From assembly GCF_000142905.1 (NCBI RefSeq), contig NW_013657662.1, positions 248,001 to 312,000 on the forward strand: 64,000 bases of DNA, written 5' to 3'. The position numbers and the translations under genes were made by a program. This document shows, in pieces, positions 60,004 to 64,000 of this stretch. Under the pieces are notes generated by a model. The model saw nothing but the letters and a program-made list of their open reading frames with translations. It searched no databases and was not told where the DNA came from. This DNA comes from Thecamonas trahens ATCC 50062 (taxonomy: Eukaryota; Protista; Apusomonadida). How positions within the stretch are numbered: position 1 is the first letter of the stretch; each line of letters opens with the position of its first letter.

Positions 60004-61614
60004 ATGGCTGCCAACACCACATACGCTTATGTGCTACAGATCCTGGGCGTTGCAGCCTGTGGCGCGGTGATGTGGGGAGAGGGCGCGGCAGCTGGAGGTG
60101 TGCTCGGTCTGTATGTGGCTGCTGCCGTGGGCTCGAGCGTGGGCAGGACCGATCCGTGGTTGCTACTGCGACTGGCAAACATGTTTGGACTGCTGAGGGC
60201 ATGGTATGCGTTGCTCCTGGCCTGGCCAGTGGTCGGATGGCGGATGCGATGCTTGATGCCGGTCGTGGTTAGTGCCGCTGCCGCCTGCCTCGACTCGATG
60301 GCCTCGGCCGCCTGCCTGCTCGCAGCTCTGGCCGCCTATGGCTACGTGGTGATCAAGGGCACGGCACGATATGCAGCATCGTGGCGACGCCCGCTCTCGT
60401 TTGGTGACGCGATTCGGTCCGAGTTTCAATGGGGCCGCCGATGGGTGTGGCAGAGTCGGAAGGTCGCCAGCGTGGTCGCTGCCTCTCTCGCCACAGTTGG
60501 GCTGACCCGCGATGTGGCCCTGGGCGCAGGCCTGGTCTTTCTGGCGTGCATTGAAGCTCGCCTGTATGCTGCGCTATTTGCTGGCCGGCGCGACTGGATC
60601 GAACTCGATCCACATGCCCAGGCTGTTGTCTCGCTGGCGGTGGTTGGTGACGCTTTCGACGCTGGATCCGCGACGGCGGCGACGGTAGCATCAGCCATCG
60701 GGGAGACTGGCGAGGTGGTAGTACCGACGCAAGACGCCGCGCATGCTTTTCTGGCTTCTCACGGCTTGAAGCATAGTCTCCGGCTCGATCAGGCTGGTCA
60801 GCGATGGCAGTGGCGTGCATGTACCACGACGTCGGCGCCGTGCCCCATGATGTATGCTGTCAACATACTCGGGCTCAACACGCCGCCGTGCTGCGCAACA
60901 CGCATGATGGAGCTCATAGGTCGAATCGGTGAGGTCATGCATGCCATGGGCATTGTTCATCACTGGCTCGACGGCGGTACCTTGCTTGGCGCTGTCCGCG
61001 ACGGCGGCCTCATTCCATGGGAGGACGATGTTGACATCGGGTTTTATGACGTGGACCTATCGCCGGACACCGACCTTGTGCAAGGCTCGCCGTTTATGCA
61101 GCGCCTGCAAGCCGCAGTCACGGCCGCCTTTGGCGGCGTGGCCATCGTCACCTCAACCGCCAACATCCACATATTTTACCATGTTGCCCTCAGTCACGGC
61201 CACCCGCTCTCTACTGAGCACGAGATGCTGCGGCACGGGCTGTGGAATGCACCTCGCATCGATCTGGTTCCCTACTCGCGGCACGAGTCTGTCGACGGCC
61301 GGGTCTTCCTCCGCCGCAAGGGCGCAAAGGGCGTTGTCGGCGACCTCTCGCTCTCGCCGGGCTTTCCAGTCGACCTCATCCTCCCGGTCGCCAACGCAAA
61401 CGTGGCGTCGATGCAGGCAAGTGTCCCGGCGCAGCCCATTGCCTTTCTCGAGTTCCTCTACGGTCCTGGATGGACGACACCGGTGTACACCTACCTCAAG
61501 ACCGAGACCGCCAAATACATCCGCCGCCTCGCCGACGAGCACCACCTCGGGTGCCTCAACGACGGCAGCTCAAGCTCGGACGACGACTCGGGGCCCGACT
61601 GGGACGACTTTTGA
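60004..61614 (+). CDS. LicD/FKRP-like nucleotidyltransferase with an N-terminal multipass membrane region
   Basis: TPPCC, WLDGGTLLGAVRDGGLIPWEDDVDIG, FLEFLYGPGW. Confidence 0.88.
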   Translation: MAANTTYAYVLQILGVAACGAVMWGEGAAAGGVLGLYVAAAVGSSVGRTDPWLLLRLANMFGLLRAWYALLLAWPVVGWRMRCLMPVVVSAAAACLDSMASAACLLAALAAYGYVVIKGTARYAASWRRPLSFGDAIRSEFQWGRRWVWQSRKVASVVAASLATVGLTRDVALGAGLVFLACIEARLYAALFAGRRDWIELDPHAQAVVSLAVVGDAFDAGSATAATVASAIGETGEVVVPTQDAAHAFLASHGLKHSLRLDQAGQRWQWRACTTTSAPCPMMYAVNILGLNTPPCCATRMMELIGRIGEVMHAMGIVHHWLDGGTLLGAVRDGGLIPWEDDVDIGFYDVDLSPDTDLVQGSPFMQRLQAAVTAAFGGVAIVTSTANIHIFYHVALSHGHPLSTEHEMLRHGLWNAPRIDLVPYSRHESVDGRVFLRRKGAKGVVGDLSLSPGFPVDLILPVANANVASMQASVPAQPIAFLEFLYGPGWTTPVYTYLKTETAKYIRRLADEHHLGCLNDGSSSSDDDSGPDWDDF

Positions 61615-61628
61615 GCACGCGCTGCTGC

Positions 61629-63182
61629 TCACTCGCCAAGCTGCGGGAGAAGCGACACCGGCTCGATGCTCAGCACGTGGCCGGTCGCCTCCTTAGCACG
61701 CAGCATCTCGGCCAGCGCAGTGGCAGTCTCGGTCGTGAGCCGGACGCCATTCAGCGAAAGACGCGCAAGCGTCATGTTCTCCTCCAGCGCACTCACTAGC
61801 GCCCGCTCAGCCGAGCCCTTGGTAGTTGCCAACACATTGCCGTCGAGAATGAGCTCATCGAGCGTGACATTGACTCTGATGCCATCGGCGAGTGCCGATG
61901 CGCCCTTGAATCCGAACCGGTTGTGCGCAATGGAGAGAAAGGTTAGCGAAGGCGAGGCGCGAATGCCGCGGCCTAGCGAGACAAGGGCAGCGTCGTCGAG
62001 GCCGTTCCACGCCAGGTCCAAGTACAAAAGAGTAGGATGCATGGCAGCGGCGCGAACAAGCGCAGACGCGCCCGACAGTCGGATCGCATTCCACGACAGG
62101 TCCAGGTGTTCGACCATGATGTTGTTCTCGAGCGCGTGCGCAATCGCCCTCGCCCCAATCTGCCCTATCGAGTTGCGCGCAGCCTTGATCGTCACCACCG
62201 TATGATTGTCGTCAAGCAGATCAGCGAGTGCAAGCGTCTCGTCGTCGCCGATCTGGTTGCCGCTCACGTCGAGGCAGGTGAGGGTCTCGTTCGAGGCCAT
62301 CGAGGCGAAAAGAGCCGCGGCTCCGGACGCCAGGCTGTTGTCGCTAACGCTGAGGCTCCGCACATGCGGCGCGCCGGTGAGCAGGTCAATGAGCGCCGGC
62401 ACTCCGTCGCTTCCCAGCCAGTTGTCGTCGAGATTGAGCTTTGTCACAACAGGATCAACTTTGATGGCCTCAGCCAGCGCTTGCAGGCCACGAGGCCCGA
62501 TGCCCAGATGCCGCATGTCGAGGTGGGCCACCGCGGGATTGGCCGCAAATGACGATGCCGGCACCACGTTGTTTGCTCTGCAATGCTCAGTGTAGACCTC
62601 TAGCACCTTTTCGACGTCGGTCGACGCCAGGACCAACTTCTCGGCCCAGGACTTGTTCAGCGACACGCCCGCACCCGACGCCAACTGGAACGGCGTCAGC
62701 ATGCCGCCGCTCTCGGCCGCACCTTGACCATCATCGTCATCACTTGGGGTGCCAAGATCCCACTCGCCTGGATTAACCCAATTGACCACCAGCCGCCCGT
62801 CATCGCCACCATCGCCTTGGAGGCCGGAGCCGTCATCGCCGCTCGGGGCAAGGTTAACACGCAGCGGCTGGCTGCTCGCTCGCTCACCGCCGCTCTCGCT
62901 AGTGCCCTCGTCGCCACTACCGCCAGCATCAGACGCTTGCGTTTTTCCATCTTCGCCCTTGCCCTCTTGGCTCCTGCTGCTCTCGCTGTTGTGGTGGCGG
63001 GAGCGGGCCGAGGAGCCTGTTGCTCCTGACGACGACGAGGAGGAAGAGGAGGAGGAAGAGGAGGAGGTGCGGGTACGGGGCCGCCCATGCCGTGGCCGTG
63101 GGGCAGGGCTGGCATAGAATGCGCCCTCATTGGCGGCCAGAACCGTCGCGGTCGGGTCGTCAGACTCGGTTCCAGAGTCCAT
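61629..63182 (-). CDS. Ribonuclease-inhibitor-like LRR protein (LRRC74-like)
   Basis: 28-aa repeats L.L..N.IG..GA.ALA.AL..N; LDLSWNAIR, LDLAWNGL. Confidence 0.85.
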   Translation of the reverse strand: MDSGTESDDPTATVLAANEGAFYASPAPRPRHGRPRTRTSSSSSSSSSSSSSGATGSSARSRHHNSESSRSQEGKGEDGKTQASDAGGSGDEGTSESGGERASSQPLRVNLAPSGDDGSGLQGDGGDDGRLVVNWVNPGEWDLGTPSDDDDGQGAAESGGMLTPFQLASGAGVSLNKSWAEKLVLASTDVEKVLEVYTEHCRANNVVPASSFAANPAVAHLDMRHLGIGPRGLQALAEAIKVDPVVTKLNLDDNWLGSDGVPALIDLLTGAPHVRSLSVSDNSLASGAAALFASMASNETLTCLDVSGNQIGDDETLALADLLDDNHTVVTIKAARNSIGQIGARAIAHALENNIMVEHLDLSWNAIRLSGASALVRAAAMHPTLLYLDLAWNGLDDAALVSLGRGIRASPSLTFLSIAHNRFGFKGASALADGIRVNVTLDELILDGNVLATTKGSAERALVSALEENMTLARLSLNGVRLTTETATALAEMLRAKEATGHVLSIEPVSLLPQLGE

Positions 63183-63303
63183 GGTCAAGTGTTTGCACTG
63201 GGGTGCGGGGGGTGTGACTGGGCCGAAGACGCGGCGACAGTGCGGCGCCAGACTACACCAGCAGAAGCATGCCTGACATTCATTTCATGTTTGGACGCCA
63301 GAT

Positions 63304-64000
63304 CTAGCTACTCTTGCGGGGCAGAACGTGCATGACAGTGATCGAGACGTCTGGTCCAGCCGCAGTCGGATGTGGGAGCGCGTAGCAGCGGTAGGCAAAC
63401 GAGTTGTCGGCCCGGACCCGGTATTGGACGTAAAGGTCGGGCCCGGTGACCGCGAGCGTCTTCCACGACGAAGGTGCCTTCCACTGGTGGGTCGGCCGCA
63501 GAGCACGCCCACACGATCCGAGAAGAAGGGCGGTTGCGTTGCGGCGGATGATGATCATGCGTCCGGCATAGGCTTCAAAGTTCTGCGGCCAGGTCGAGAG
63601 CCTGATCCACGCCCCGGTGGCCGGCGTGTCGATGGCATGGAGGAGCGTGAGCATGCAGGGCGCAGGAAGAGCAGCTGGAGCACAGCCGTAGAGGTCGACT
63701 TTGGCCACTGCCCACGGCAGACACGGCATCTGCAGCTCCTTATTGTAGTCACGCGGCGCCGGCGCCGGCGGAAGCGCTGCCGCCGCGGCGTCGCGCTTTC
63801 GCCTCTGCCGCCGCGGGCGCTTCGGCGCGTGGGCGCCGGCAGCGGAGACATCGAGCAGAGCCGGCGAGGCAGCCCGCCGCTTGAGGGAGTTTTCGCTGCT
63901 GCTTGCTTCATCTACGTCTTTGCAAGGTTGGGGCGGCGGTGAAGGGAGCGGGACGAGGGGCGGCTCAAAGTCGAGCGAGAACTGCGGCGGCTGCGGCGGC
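63304..64000 (-). CDS. Hypothetical protein, 3' part (start outside the window)
   Basis: Frame is open to the window edge. Pro-rich linker and a basic NLS-like KRR...PKRPRRQRRKR. Confidence 0.6.
   Translation of the reverse strand, partial: PPQPPQFSLDFEPPLVPLPSPPPQPCKDVDEASSSENSLKRRAASPALLDVSAAGAHAPKRPRRQRRKRDAAAAALPPAPAPRDYNKELQMPCLPWAVAKVDLYGCAPAALPAPCMLTLLHAIDTPATGAWIRLSTWPQNFEAYAGRMIIIRRNATALLLGSCGRALRPTHQWKAPSSWKTLAVTGPDLYVQYRVRADNSFAYRCYALPHPTAAGPDVSITVMHVLPRKSS

Overview
This is gene-dense, high-GC eukaryotic nuclear DNA from a flagellated protist. The style resembles the apusomonad Thecamonas trahens, but that is an inference. It is a draft assembly with two N gaps. About 26 protein-coding genes are supported, including Raptor, GNPTAB, ARL1, ERD2, DNAJC2, TFIIH p44, enkurin, Cactin, a Ca-binding mitochondrial carrier, an ADP-ribosylhydrolase, a yellow/MRJP protein, an FKRP-like LicD protein, an LRR-GBD/FH3-RasGEF and two large multipass receptor-like proteins. 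Eight spliceosomal introns were inferred: seven reconstructed at both ends and one at the acceptor only. All are 5'-proximal, mostly G-rich, lack a polypyrimidine tract and carry a CTCAY branch-like motif. Nine sites in eight genes are interrupted by a single missing base, mostly in homopolymers, and are most likely sequencing errors. The most notable items are an N-terminally truncated, catalytically degenerate actin, a dual-acylated CAP-Ig/C2/beta-helix chimera, two paralogous multipass cores with different ectodomains, a ~90-bp duplicated CDS fragment flanking a membrane-protein gene, and convergent genes whose stop codons are only 2-14 bp apart. No rRNA, tRNA, CRISPR array or transposon was recognised.
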